From positions 1 to 45,821 of the forward strand of contig CAYMZP010000001.1 of NCBI GenBank assembly GCA_964395025.1: 45,821 nucleotides of DNA, read 5' to 3'. The notes under the pieces are model-generated. The model had not been told where the DNA came from and searched no databases. It saw only the letters and a list, made by a program, of their open reading frames with translations. Made by a program: the position numbers and the translations under genes. The stretch comes from an uncultured Candidatus Saccharibacteria bacterium. GTDB lineage: Bacteria; Patescibacteriota; Minisyncoccia; Phycocordibacterales; Phycocordibacteraceae. The number at the start of each line of letters is the position of its first letter. Positions within the stretch are counted from its first letter, which is position 1. Shown here piece after piece: positions 36,423-44,388 of the stretch.

Positions 36423-36511
36423 ACAATGCCAATAAAGACTGAAGACGCAATCAAACCGAGTATGGCAAGCACTGCAAACACCGTTGCAATTACTTTAATC
36501 ATTTTTTGCAT
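36419..36511 (-). CDS. Possible 30-aa single-TM micropeptide
   Basis: MQKMIKVIATVFAVLAILGLIASSVFIGIV. Its TGA overlaps the ATG of the DUF2177 gene (ATGA). It is below the ORF-track size cutoff. Confidence 0.35.
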   Translation of the reverse strand: MQKMIKVIATVFAVLAILGLIASSVFIGIV

Positions 36512-36675
36512 AGAGACATAGTACCAGATGCCAGATATAGACAACTAAGGACTATACGCTACGATATATACGTGCAAAGAGGAGTCCCTCAGCGCACACC
36601 CCAAAACTCGCGCTCCACCCACTCCCCCTCAACGCACCTGGAGCGCACTGGTCGGCACCCTGTGCCGACCTTTTT

Positions 36676-36969
36676 TCATAAAAATGCGCAGTGGGCGGTG
36701 ACAGAGGAATGTTCGTAGAGACCCTCTTTTTTACGTACACTCGCTTTTATAGGAAGAAGGTAAGGTCCGTCTTTTGTAGGAAATAGGCTCGTTTCAAATG
36801 TGCTTGTGCCGAGTGTCACACGAACGCGAAGCGAGCCGAAACCGGCCCGTTTCTTCCCCTTTTGTGCTTCACGAAGTATTGCACCTTGCGCTTTTGTCGT
36901 AGGAAGGAAGTACCACGCAGAAGCTCCTTGCCACTTCCACAACTTCCCTTCTATCACTATCTTTTTCAT
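36676..36969 (-). CDS. DUF1905 domain protein
   Basis: WYFLPTTKAQ...GSLRVRVTLGTSTFETSLFPTKDGPYLLPIK matches the DUF1905 pattern. Confidence 0.7.
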   Translation of the reverse strand: MKKIVIEGKLWKWQGASAWYFLPTTKAQGAILREAQKGKKRAGFGSLRVRVTLGTSTFETSLFPTKDGPYLLPIKASVRKKEGLYEHSSVTAHCAFL

Positions 36970-37577
36970 ACAGCGACCAAGGTCTTTTTTCTAAACACTT
37001 TCCGGAAGACGAATAGTGCCAAAAGTAAATTCACTAAAAGTAGGTACACTTGGAATGCTGAGTTTTCTATATTCCATACCGGAATAGCTGGAATCGTGAT
37101 AACGACTCCAACGAACCCCATGAAATACGTAAATCCGGTTTCAGTCTCCGGAAACTTCCATGCTTTTATCAAAGTAGGAAGCGACGCAAAAAGGTCGGCG
37201 ATGGCAAAAAAGAGGATGGCGAGCCGTGCTGAGTCCGCAGCAAACCACAACAGAAGTGCGAAAACGGCAGTCGCGCCACAAAAGTAATCAAACCGAGTGA
37301 GTTTCCAGTACCCTTTCGGACTAAGAAAAGAAGCGAAGAAAACAATAAGGGGACCAAGCCCTGCTATGAAAATACGGGCGGTTGCCCAGATGTCTGCTTC
37401 AAGTGAAAGCGCTGCCGCCACTCCTGCAAGTGGTACCGAGCCCCACAAAAACCAAGAGACGCGGTTTGGCTTAGTCTTCCCTAGAATAGTGTTACGGATA
37501 TATGCAACAGAACCTATGAGACTGGTACCTACACTGATTATCACTAACCAGTGTTCCCACGGAAGGCCGTATATCAT
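36966..37577 (-). CDS. Hypothetical 6-TM membrane protein
   Basis: 203 aa and hydrophobic, with a 4-nt overlap with the DUF1905 gene. Confidence 0.55.
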   Translation of the reverse strand: MIYGLPWEHWLVIISVGTSLIGSVAYIRNTILGKTKPNRVSWFLWGSVPLAGVAAALSLEADIWATARIFIAGLGPLIVFFASFLSPKGYWKLTRFDYFCGATAVFALLLWFAADSARLAILFFAIADLFASLPTLIKAWKFPETETGFTYFMGFVGVVITIPAIPVWNIENSAFQVYLLLVNLLLALFVFRKVFRKKTLVAV

Positions 37578-37623
37578 GCTCTAGAGCATAGCAGTCTTTA
37601 CATGGCATACTAGGGGAAGCGGA

Positions 37624-38205
37624 TTGGCCCGCAAACTGGAAGAAACGGAGGCCGACATGTCCTTTACCATAGTTGAGTTCCTTGAAGGCTGTGTGGGCTC
37701 TTTCCGAGACCTTGTCATCAAAGAGCTGGAGCAAGACCCTGAGGACGAGCGCTTCTTTAGTTTGGAAATCACAAGCCCGGAACATACGGAATTTTCAGAC
37801 AAAGAAGATAGTGTATTCGTGGCCGTCAGCTGGTTTCCCGACGTGCGCATTCTCAACATTGCCATGTGGCAACCCATATCTACGTGGGGCATGGAAAGCG
37901 ACGAAGAAGCGCTGTCGTTTGCAAACAGTTTGAACGCGGGCGCGGACTCTGCCACGTTCCTTGCTGTCATCACTGCCGACATGCTCAACGACCCAGATGA
38001 AGAAGACGAGCCTGTCTCACTTTTTCGGATCCATGCTTCGCTCAAGGTTCCGAAAGACGTGGGAGAAGAATATCCCGTCTTTTTCCGTGAAGCGTTTTTG
38101 GAGACTCTCTACGACTTGCTCGCTGAAACTGCCAAGTACAGCGACGACGCAGTCAACTTCACTCGCGTGGAGATGGAGGAGAAGGCACCACGTCAACTCA
38201 ACTAA
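37624..38205 (+). CDS. Hypothetical acidic cytoplasmic protein
   Basis: 193 aa. No motif recognised with confidence (YbjN-like is only a guess). The start may be 37660. Confidence 0.45.
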   Translation: MARKLEETEADMSFTIVEFLEGCVGSFRDLVIKELEQDPEDERFFSLEITSPEHTEFSDKEDSVFVAVSWFPDVRILNIAMWQPISTWGMESDEEALSFANSLNAGADSATFLAVITADMLNDPDEEDEPVSLFRIHASLKVPKDVGEEYPVFFREAFLETLYDLLAETAKYSDDAVNFTRVEMEEKAPRQLN

Positions 38206-38308
38206 CGTCTCAACTACCTACATCATTGATGCCCCAGCTTTGTACGCTGGGGCATCGCTACGGCATACGGTATACTTTTTATATTACTTACTCATAGTTC
38301 TATTCAGC

Positions 38309-38761
38309 ATGAAGACCGTTGTATTAGTACTTATCGTTGTGCTTCTTGGTGCTCTCGGTTATTACGTCATTATGAAACCAAGTTCCGTACCATCGGAGAT
38401 ACCGGGGATGGAGATGGAAGCGGAAGAAATAGAAGAAGGTGCAGATTCTGGTGTTTCAGCAGAAGTATCTGTTGACCTAACCGGCGAACTCAAAGAGTTT
38501 GTAGTTGAAGGAGGTATGTTCTATTTCGCTCCTTCTCAAATGCAGGTAAACGTAGGCGACACTGTGCGCATCGTCTTTAAAAACAAAGAAGGCAAGCATG
38601 ACTTCGTCATTGACGAATTTAACGCTCGCACCGCAGTCATTGACGGCGGACAGGAAGAAACCATTGAGTTTGTTGCAACCAAAGCAGGCTCATTTGAGTA
38701 TTACTGCTCCGTAGGTAGTCACCGTGCAAACGGTATGGTGGGTACACTGACTGTTATATAA
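38309..38761 (+). CDS. Membrane-anchored cupredoxin (plastocyanin/azurin-like blue copper protein)
   Basis: N-terminal TM helix. Cu ligands are GKHDF (His) and YYCSVGSHRANGM (Cys-His-Met). Only the last 150 codons of track ORF 37961..38761 are used. Confidence 0.8.
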   Translation: MKTVVLVLIVVLLGALGYYVIMKPSSVPSEIPGMEMEAEEIEEGADSGVSAEVSVDLTGELKEFVVEGGMFYFAPSQMQVNVGDTVRIVFKNKEGKHDFVIDEFNARTAVIDGGQEETIEFVATKAGSFEYYCSVGSHRANGMVGTLTVI

Positions 38762-38774
38762 CAGGACTCTATAT

Positions 38775-38806
38775 AAAAACCGCCGTGCAAGGCACGGCGG
38801 TTTTTA
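38775..38806. terminator. Bidirectional intrinsic terminator
   Basis: AAAAA-CCGCCGTGC-aag-GCACGGCGG-TTTTT. Confidence 0.85.
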
Positions 38807-38819
38807 TATGTCCTCTCGT

Positions 38820-39299
38820 TCAATAGGGTCGTCCTGAGATGGAGGGCACGTAGGCAAACACATCAAAGTCTGGGTGGTTAAATTCCATGAGTTCATAGCC
38901 GTCTCTACCAATCATGTTGATATAGTCTGGATTTTGCTTCCGTTCTGCGTCACGAAAATCGGTGTAGTCTCCAACATCAAAATCAGCAGAACCCATGTGC
39001 GCTCGGTGTGGGTCTCTTTCGCGAATACGCACCCGCTTCAGTGGCCCCGCGCGAGTGCGAATAGGTTTTTTAAGAATAAACCTCGTACCGTGTGGAACTG
39101 GTTCAGCTTTCCCAAGTTCTGCCATGTACCCACAAAGTCGCTCATACTCCCCCGGCCGATGCGTGTAAAGCGTAAGATACGAAATGCGTAAATCGCGCCC
39201 GGTAATCCTTTGAATAAGCGTGCGTCCACGCGTTGCGACATACTTAATCGCACGCAACATCTGCGATTTACTGGTGAGCGGAATGCGATGAAACTTCAT
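38820..39299 (-). CDS. Hypothetical protein
   Basis: 159-aa ORF with normal composition. No family recognised. Confidence 0.45.
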   Translation of the reverse strand: MKFHRIPLTSKSQMLRAIKYVATRGRTLIQRITGRDLRISYLTLYTHRPGEYERLCGYMAELGKAEPVPHGTRFILKKPIRTRAGPLKRVRIRERDPHRAHMGSADFDVGDYTDFRDAERKQNPDYINMIGRDGYELMEFNHPDFDVFAYVPSISGRPY

Positions 39300-39341
39300 A
39301 CAAAATGCAGGTACAGTGACGTGTGCATTGCAATACTGTGC

Positions 39342-39734
39342 CTACTCGGTCACCTGACCATCAAAGTGTTCAGTGTCTGCTTCGGCGTCTGCTTTCGTGT
39401 TGTGTACCACACCATCACGATGGTGTGGAGGCATGTAGAGCGTATACAGCTTCATGGAATTACTTCCTGTATTAATGAGGTTGTGTGTAGCGCCCGCAGG
39501 TACAATAACGACGCTCCCGTCGGCAAGCTCGTGAGTGGTGCCATTTAAAATCGCGGTACCTGTACCTTGCTCAACTCGAAGAAACTGGTCCACATCATGC
39601 ACCTCTTCACCAATCTCTTCTCCAGGAAGTAACGACATTACAACGAGTTGACTGTGCGTATCGGTATATAAGACTGTCCGGAACGTGTCGTTTTCAAGTG
39701 CAAGTTTTTCTATATTGTGTACGTATCCTTTCAT
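39342..39734 (-). CDS. Cupin domain protein
   Basis: GEEIGEEVHDVDQFLRVEQG...VIVPAGATHNLIN are the two cupin motifs. The start is at MKGYVHN. Confidence 0.8.
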   Translation of the reverse strand: MKGYVHNIEKLALENDTFRTVLYTDTHSQLVVMSLLPGEEIGEEVHDVDQFLRVEQGTGTAILNGTTHELADGSVVIVPAGATHNLINTGSNSMKLYTLYMPPHHRDGVVHNTKADAEADTEHFDGQVTE

Positions 39735-39768
39735 ACTTGTATGGTACCAAGAACTTGTTCTATGTGCG

Positions 39769-40176
39769 CTATAGCATGAGCCCGAAGATAACTGCACCAC
39801 CCCAACCAATAACGGAGACGGCACCGCTTGAAAGCACGGAGATGCGCTCCATCATAGAGAGTTCTTTAAATTGTTTTTCCGAGGCAACCTTTGCGAGGGT
39901 TTCTATGTAAAAGGCGTTGATGAGGAGTGCGAGTATGAGTGTCATTTTTGCTAAGAACACAATATTACGCACCAGAAACTCACCGTACTCTATAAACATC
40001 AACCCTCCCGTAAGCAACAGACCTCCAATACCCACTGAAACTACAATATGCATCACATGGATAAACTTGGCAGGAAGTTTTTTAAAGACACCAAGAAGCC
40101 ATAAAACTCCAGAACCGTCAGAAATAATGACGAACAAAAGCGTGATGACTACGAAGGCAAGGTGAATATCTACCAT
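39769..40176 (-). CDS. Hypothetical 4-TM membrane protein
   Basis: 135 aa and hydrophobic. Confidence 0.5.
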   Translation of the reverse strand: MVDIHLAFVVITLLFVIISDGSGVLWLLGVFKKLPAKFIHVMHIVVSVGIGGLLLTGGLMFIEYGEFLVRNIVFLAKMTLILALLINAFYIETLAKVASEKQFKELSMMERISVLSSGAVSVIGWGGAVIFGLML

Positions 40177-40180
40177 ACCT

Positions 40181-40639
40181 TTATTCTAACGGACCGAGTA
40201 AGAAACTCGCGAGACGCGACTCGGCACTTCGGTCGCCATCATGCTGGTCTAAAAAATCTTTTGTACCGTCTTTTCCACAAAGTCCTGTGATGGCACTGCG
40301 CCCTCCGGGGTGACGACTTATCCAAGACGTGAGGTCGTATACATTCCCACTAATCACGGTCCAGCAACTTGAAGCTGAGGCATGCGCGCGAACATCGGGA
40401 AGTGTGTAGCCCGCACTTTCTTCCTCTACGGGAGCAGGTGTAGAAGTGGATGGAGTTTGTGGTGTGGAAATATCCTCTTCTTCCTCGGTTTCAGCGACTT
40501 CAATTTCCTCTTCCTCTGTAAGCTCTATTTCACTCTCATGTTCGATGGGCGCAAGGGTAAGACGCATATATCCGGCACCCGAAAGCACAAGTCCCACCAC
40601 GATGAGTACGAACGCAAGAAACGGCAAACGAATAGACAT
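40181..40639 (-). CDS. Membrane-anchored cytochrome b5-like heme/steroid-binding domain protein
   Basis: N-terminal TM helix, acidic linker, then CWTVISGNVYDLTSWISRHPGG...CGKDGTKDF. Confidence 0.8.
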   Translation of the reverse strand: MSIRLPFLAFVLIVVGLVLSGAGYMRLTLAPIEHESEIELTEEEEIEVAETEEEEDISTPQTPSTSTPAPVEEESAGYTLPDVRAHASASSCWTVISGNVYDLTSWISRHPGGRSAITGLCGKDGTKDFLDQHDGDRSAESRLASFLLGPLE

Positions 40640-40708
40640 TGAGAGGAAGTATACCTTAAAACCAAACAGCCTTGCGCGCTGGCCGTCTTATTCAATTTTC
40701 AAACCGTT

Positions 40709-41062
40709 TTAAAGTACTCCGCTAAGTACAAAACCCAGACTCACAAGTCCAAACACAAAAGCACACACCACCGCTCCCGACGCTAAATCTTTGCTACGGC
40801 CAATAGCTTCATCTTGTTCAGGATGTAGTTTTGTAAGAGCCACTTCTATGGATGTATTTTGAATCTCGGTAACAACGATAAAAAACCAACAAAATATCAA
40901 GAGAAGTAACTCTGGCGCAGAAAACGGTCCAAACAAAAAATATACGGCTGGTATTCCAATAATGCCGAAAACGACTGTTTCAAAACGAACAGCAAAGTCT
41001 TGTGTGAATGCGTACCTCAAACCCCTGAGCGGATGAGAAAGTCGTTTCAACCAGTACTTCAT
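40709..41062 (-). CDS. dgkA: Diacylglycerol kinase (DgkA family)
   Basis: GLRYAFTQDFAVRFE...EIQNTSIE...GRSKDLASGAV. Confidence 0.85.
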   Translation of the reverse strand: MKYWLKRLSHPLRGLRYAFTQDFAVRFETVVFGIIGIPAVYFLFGPFSAPELLLLIFCWFFIVVTEIQNTSIEVALTKLHPEQDEAIGRSKDLASGAVVCAFVFGLVSLGFVLSGVL

Positions 41063-41113
41063 TAAGAAATAGTATACCGTTAGCTGGCCGTCTTGTTCGA
41101 AGTTGGAACCTTT

Positions 41114-41551
41114 CTAGGGCTTTTTAAAGAAACCGTACGTCGCATATCCAAGCGCGAGAATCATTGCGGTAACCCAGAGGTAATAGCCTAAAAGAGGTTC
41201 AAACGAAATAAAATCCGTACGGCCATACATTCCCACATCAATCCTGTTGGTAGTAAATGGCTGCAGACTTACCAAGAGTGCCAGCACGGCAGTAATGAGA
41301 GCGACCTTCCGTGCCTCGAAGTCTTTCGCCACCAACGAAGCGATCAGGAGTGGATTCGCCAGCCAAGCAAACTGAAGAGGCAAACCAACGATTGGGAAGA
41401 AGTTCATGGTGCTCCATCCGAACAGAAGAATTTCCCACCCGCGAAAATCTCCACCACTATTCCATACTTGTCCTTCTCCCGATAAAGCAGGAAGCGCTAG
41501 TGAGATGCCATAGATTGCAAGAATTGCGAGACGAATCAGCCAGCCTTTCAT
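41114..41551 (-). CDS. Hypothetical membrane protein
   Basis: 145 aa with 4-5 TM helices. Confidence 0.5.
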   Translation of the reverse strand: MKGWLIRLAILAIYGISLALPALSGEGQVWNSGGDFRGWEILLFGWSTMNFFPIVGLPLQFAWLANPLLIASLVAKDFEARKVALITAVLALLVSLQPFTTNRIDVGMYGRTDFISFEPLLGYYLWVTAMILALGYATYGFFKKP

Positions 41552-41595
41552 ATATTTGAATATAGCAGATTATAGATAGACAGTGTGCACTAGTA

Positions 41596-41650
41596 GCTGC
41601 CAGACTAGGATTCGAACCGGAGAATAAACGGATTCAGAGTCCGTTGTCCT
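41596..41650 (-). pseudogene. tRNA-Gln 3' fragment (anticodon arm to acceptor 3' strand) with a disrupted T-stem
   Basis: Two identical blocks of 23 and 27 nt are shared with the intact tRNA-Gln. They are separated by GGAGA in place of TAG, which breaks T-stem pairing. No D-arm or 5' acceptor strand is present. Confidence 0.75.
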
Positions 41651-41697
41651 TGTTTCAAATGAGTGAGTGAAAGTAGAGCAGAGTCTTCCGTTCAGTG

Positions 41698-41768
41698 CTG
41701 CCAGACTAGGATTCGAACCTAGATAAACGGATTCAGAGTCCGTTGTCCTACCATTAGACGATCTGGCA
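41698..41768 (-). tRNA. tRNA-Gln (anticodon CUG), no encoded CCA
   Basis: Minus-strand cloverleaf: TGCCAGA-TC-GTC-TAATGGTAG-GAC-A-ACGGA-CTCTGAA-TCCGT-TTAT-CTAGG-TTCGAAT-CCTAG-TCTGGCA-G. U1-A72 and G73 fit bacterial tRNA-Gln. Confidence 0.85.
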
Positions 41769-41834
41769 GCACTGAACACAAGAACGGGAGTCAGCTCTAT
41801 TCTCAACGAGCGAATGCAGAAGCCAAAGCCTGCG

Positions 41835-41855
41835 TACCATTAGACGATTCTATCA
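41835..41855 (-). pseudogene. tRNA-Gln 5' fragment (degenerate acceptor strand plus D-arm)
   Basis: The minus strand reads TGATAGAATCGTCTAATGGTA, versus TGCCAGA-TCGTCTAATGGTA in the intact gene. Confidence 0.55.
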
Positions 41856-41857
41856 AT

Positions 41858-41882
41858 ATCAAGACCGCAGGAGCGGTCTTGA
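41858..41882 (-). terminator. Hairpin downstream of the DUF1761 gene
   Basis: The minus strand reads CAAGACCGC-tcct-GCGGTCTTG followed by ATATTGAT. Confidence 0.55.
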
Positions 41883-41924
41883 TGAGGGCACGATACTTGA
41901 AAAACGAGCCTATTTCAACCGTTC

Positions 41925-42338
41925 CTAGAACTGTGCGAGAACGAATCCCATTGCCATAAGCGCAACAAGATAGTATCCGGCATTGAGTGCCCAGAGTTTC
42001 CAAGACTTTCCTTCCCAAAGAAATGCACCGCTCGTTAAAGGAACGGCAAAACCAATCCAGTACCAGAACGCACCTTGAAGTGCTCCTTCTACGCCTTCTG
42101 TTCCCAAATACGCATTCCCGAACGCAATACCGTGCGCAAGCACATATGCCATAAGAAGTGCGGTGACCACACCCCCAAGTGAAGCGATGAGCGGTGAAAG
42201 CTTCATCTTCTTCATATCTTCCAGAGAAAGCCCTATGAGATGACGCCACATTTTCCCAAACAACGGTCCATACCAAATCCATCCAATAAGAAAGGACGCA
42301 ATGGCAGCACCAATAACAGCAGGGAGGCTCACAATCAT
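41925..42338 (-). CDS. DUF1761 family membrane protein
   Basis: MIVSLPAVIGAAIASFLIGWIWYGPLFGKMW is a typical DUF1761 N-terminus. The longer track ORF start (42437) would read through the palindromic repeat. Confidence 0.75.
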   Translation of the reverse strand: MIVSLPAVIGAAIASFLIGWIWYGPLFGKMWRHLIGLSLEDMKKMKLSPLIASLGGVVTALLMAYVLAHGIAFGNAYLGTEGVEGALQGAFWYWIGFAVPLTSGAFLWEGKSWKLWALNAGYYLVALMAMGFVLAQF

Positions 42339-42365
42339 GGTGAAGTAGTTACTTAGTATGGTTTC

Positions 42366-42408
42366 AGTATACCCCCACACCAATCTGATTGGTGTGGGGG
42401 TATACCGC
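42366..42408. repeat. 43-nt repeat, copy 2
   Basis: AGTATACCCCCACACCAATC-T-GATTGGTGTGGGGGTATACCGC, a 42/43 match to copy 1. Confidence 0.9.
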
Positions 42409-42465
42409 TTGCATATGGTCCTTTTGCTCGGTACCATACATACACAATCGAATACGTATCAAGAA

Positions 42466-42594
42466 GCAGGGAGAGCACTGGCTCAATGAACTGCTAGCAA
42501 CGTGCCGAAACGGTAACGTGCTCCATCCAGCCCTTCGGGGGAGATGCTTCTATCTAACGAATCGTCCCGCCTGAAGCGGGGCGATTCGTTGTTT
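42466..42594 (+). promoter_or_regulatory. SAM-I (S-box) riboswitch aptamer (42466-42547) with a terminator expression platform (42556-42594)
   Basis: GUAUCAAGAAGCAGGGAGAGCACUGGCUCAAUGAACUGCUAGCAAC...GUGCUCCAUCCAGC...GAGAUGC follows the SAM-I consensus. It is followed by AACGAATCG(T)CCCGC-ctga-GCGGGGCGATTCGTT-GTTT, upstream of metK. Confidence 0.8.
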
Positions 42595-42774
42595 AGAAAT
42601 TCAAGGAGCGAAGCGACTATGTAATTTCTTACCCCGCCACACACACATCAATACGCACAGCACCTAAATCCGATAGAAGACGCAAAAACGTGTAATGTAT
42701 TGTGACTTCAAGTTCATTTATGTGTGTCGGGTGCAAGATTTTCTAAACCCGCAGACTCGTTAACAAAATCTAGC

Positions 42775-43827
42775 ATGTTCCACCTTCTTTCCACATATAC
42801 AACCGAGAGCGTTACTTCAGGTCACCCAGACAAGGTCTGTGACCAAATGTCAGATGCAATTCTAGATGCCTGTCTCAAAGACGACCCAACTTCTCGCGTT
42901 GCAGTTGAGACGTTTGGAAGTCACGGCACGCTCATGATTGGCGGAGAAGTAACGACAAACGCAAAAGTAGACTACGCAGGTATCGCGAAAAAAGTATACG
43001 AAGACATTGGCTACACGGAACCGCTCGACATTCTTTCGCGCGTGGTAACCCAGTCAGGAGATATTGCTATGGGAGTTGATACCGGAGGCGCGGGTGATCA
43101 AGGCATTATGTACGGCTATGCAACAGACGAAACGCCAGAAATGCTTCCAAAAGGTGTCGTGCTCGCTCACGCACTTGCGCGAAAACTTGAAGCACTTCGA
43201 AAAGACGGCACGCTTCCCTACCTGCGCCCAGACGGTAAAACACAAGTCACGATTAAAGACGGAAGAGTGATTACCGCCCTCACCTCTACGCAACATGCTG
43301 AGGACGTGGAACAAGAAACCATTCGCAAAGATCTAATTGAACACCTTTTCACTCCGGTACTAAGTGACCTCTCTGGTATTGAAATCTTGGTGAATCCAAC
43401 CGGACGCTTTGTGCAAGGAGGATTTGAAGCGGACGCAGGTCTTACCGGACGAAAGATTATGGTAGACAGCTATGGCGGTCTCATGCCACACGGTGGCGGT
43501 GCATTCTCAGGAAAAGACTCTACGAAAGTAGACCGCTCAGCTGCATACATGTGCCGATTCGTTGCAAAGAACTTGGTTGCAAATGGCTACGCAAAGAAAG
43601 CGCTCGTGACGGTGGCATACGCCATTGGACGCGTTGAGCCAGTGATGGTGGAAGCGTATGACGGTGAAGGAAAAAACCTTTCCGACATTGTGAATAAACA
43701 CTTTGATTTCAAGCCAAAAGCAATCATAGAGCGCCTCGGACTTCGTCGCCCTATATTCCGCGAAACTGCTGCGTACGGACACTTTGGTGTTGAGGGTCGT
43801 CCGTGGGAAGAGGTAGTAAAGATTTAA
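42775..43827 (+). CDS. metK: S-adenosylmethionine synthetase
   Basis: TESVTSGHPDKVCDQMSDAILDA, GAGDQGIMYGYA and GGGAFSGKDSTKVDRS motifs. The ATG at 42775 is preferred over the GTG at 42724. Confidence 0.95.
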   Translation: MFHLLSTYTTESVTSGHPDKVCDQMSDAILDACLKDDPTSRVAVETFGSHGTLMIGGEVTTNAKVDYAGIAKKVYEDIGYTEPLDILSRVVTQSGDIAMGVDTGGAGDQGIMYGYATDETPEMLPKGVVLAHALARKLEALRKDGTLPYLRPDGKTQVTIKDGRVITALTSTQHAEDVEQETIRKDLIEHLFTPVLSDLSGIEILVNPTGRFVQGGFEADAGLTGRKIMVDSYGGLMPHGGGAFSGKDSTKVDRSAAYMCRFVAKNLVANGYAKKALVTVAYAIGRVEPVMVEAYDGEGKNLSDIVNKHFDFKPKAIIERLGLRRPIFRETAAYGHFGVEGRPWEEVVKI

Positions 43828-44387
43828 ACCGTATCTTTCTTTCTACGTTCAAGTTCGCGAGAAAGAAGTAAAATTCCCGCAATCGACAACACGTCGGAGA
43901 TTCCTCCCGTATCTACAAGGTTCAATGCTTCAGCAAGAGACATCTTTTTGAGAACAATTGATTCGTTTTGATCGGGGGTATTTTCTCCAAATGACAAACC
44001 TTCTGCCATATAGATACCGCAAACTGCGGGGGATATAAAATGACACACATGCGGAGTCCCAAGATGCGTCCAACGATTTGCGGTTATACCCGTTTCTTCA
44101 TGCAACTCTCGCTTTGCGGCAACAAGCATATCTTCCCCGGCATCAATACCCCCTCCCGCTATTTCTACAGTGCTTTTATTCAACGTGTAACGAAACTCTT
44201 CTATTAGGTAGATGTTTCCGTGTTCATCAATAGGAATGACTACTGCACCATCTTTTACATACAAAATTGTACAGGTACTTTTTTTGCCTGTGGGGGTAAG
44301 TACTTTGTCTTGTCGAAGTGAAATCCAAGCGTCTTTGTATACCGTACGACTTTTACGCACAGTCCATGGTCCACGTATTTCTTTCAT
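43824..44387 (-). CDS. NUDIX hydrolase (ADP-ribose pyrophosphatase-like)
   Basis: Nudix box GGGIDAGEDMLVAAKRELHEETGI. Confidence 0.85.
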   Translation of the reverse strand: MKEIRGPWTVRKSRTVYKDAWISLRQDKVLTPTGKKSTCTILYVKDGAVVIPIDEHGNIYLIEEFRYTLNKSTVEIAGGGIDAGEDMLVAAKRELHEETGITANRWTHLGTPHVCHFISPAVCGIYMAEGLSFGENTPDQNESIVLKKMSLAEALNLVDTGGISDVLSIAGILLLSRELERRKKDTV

Positions 44388-44388
44388 A

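Noticed and set aside
41570-42282. Track ORFs 41570..41806 and 41803..42282
   Set aside because: The first reads through the tRNA-Gln and its fragments. The second is an out-of-frame shadow of the DUF1761 gene.
33123-42338. Calling the repeat-bracketed block a mobile genomic island
   Set aside because: There is no integrase, transposase, conjugation or phage gene in or next to it, and I cannot compute compositional deviation. It is kept only as a hypothesis within the repeat finding.
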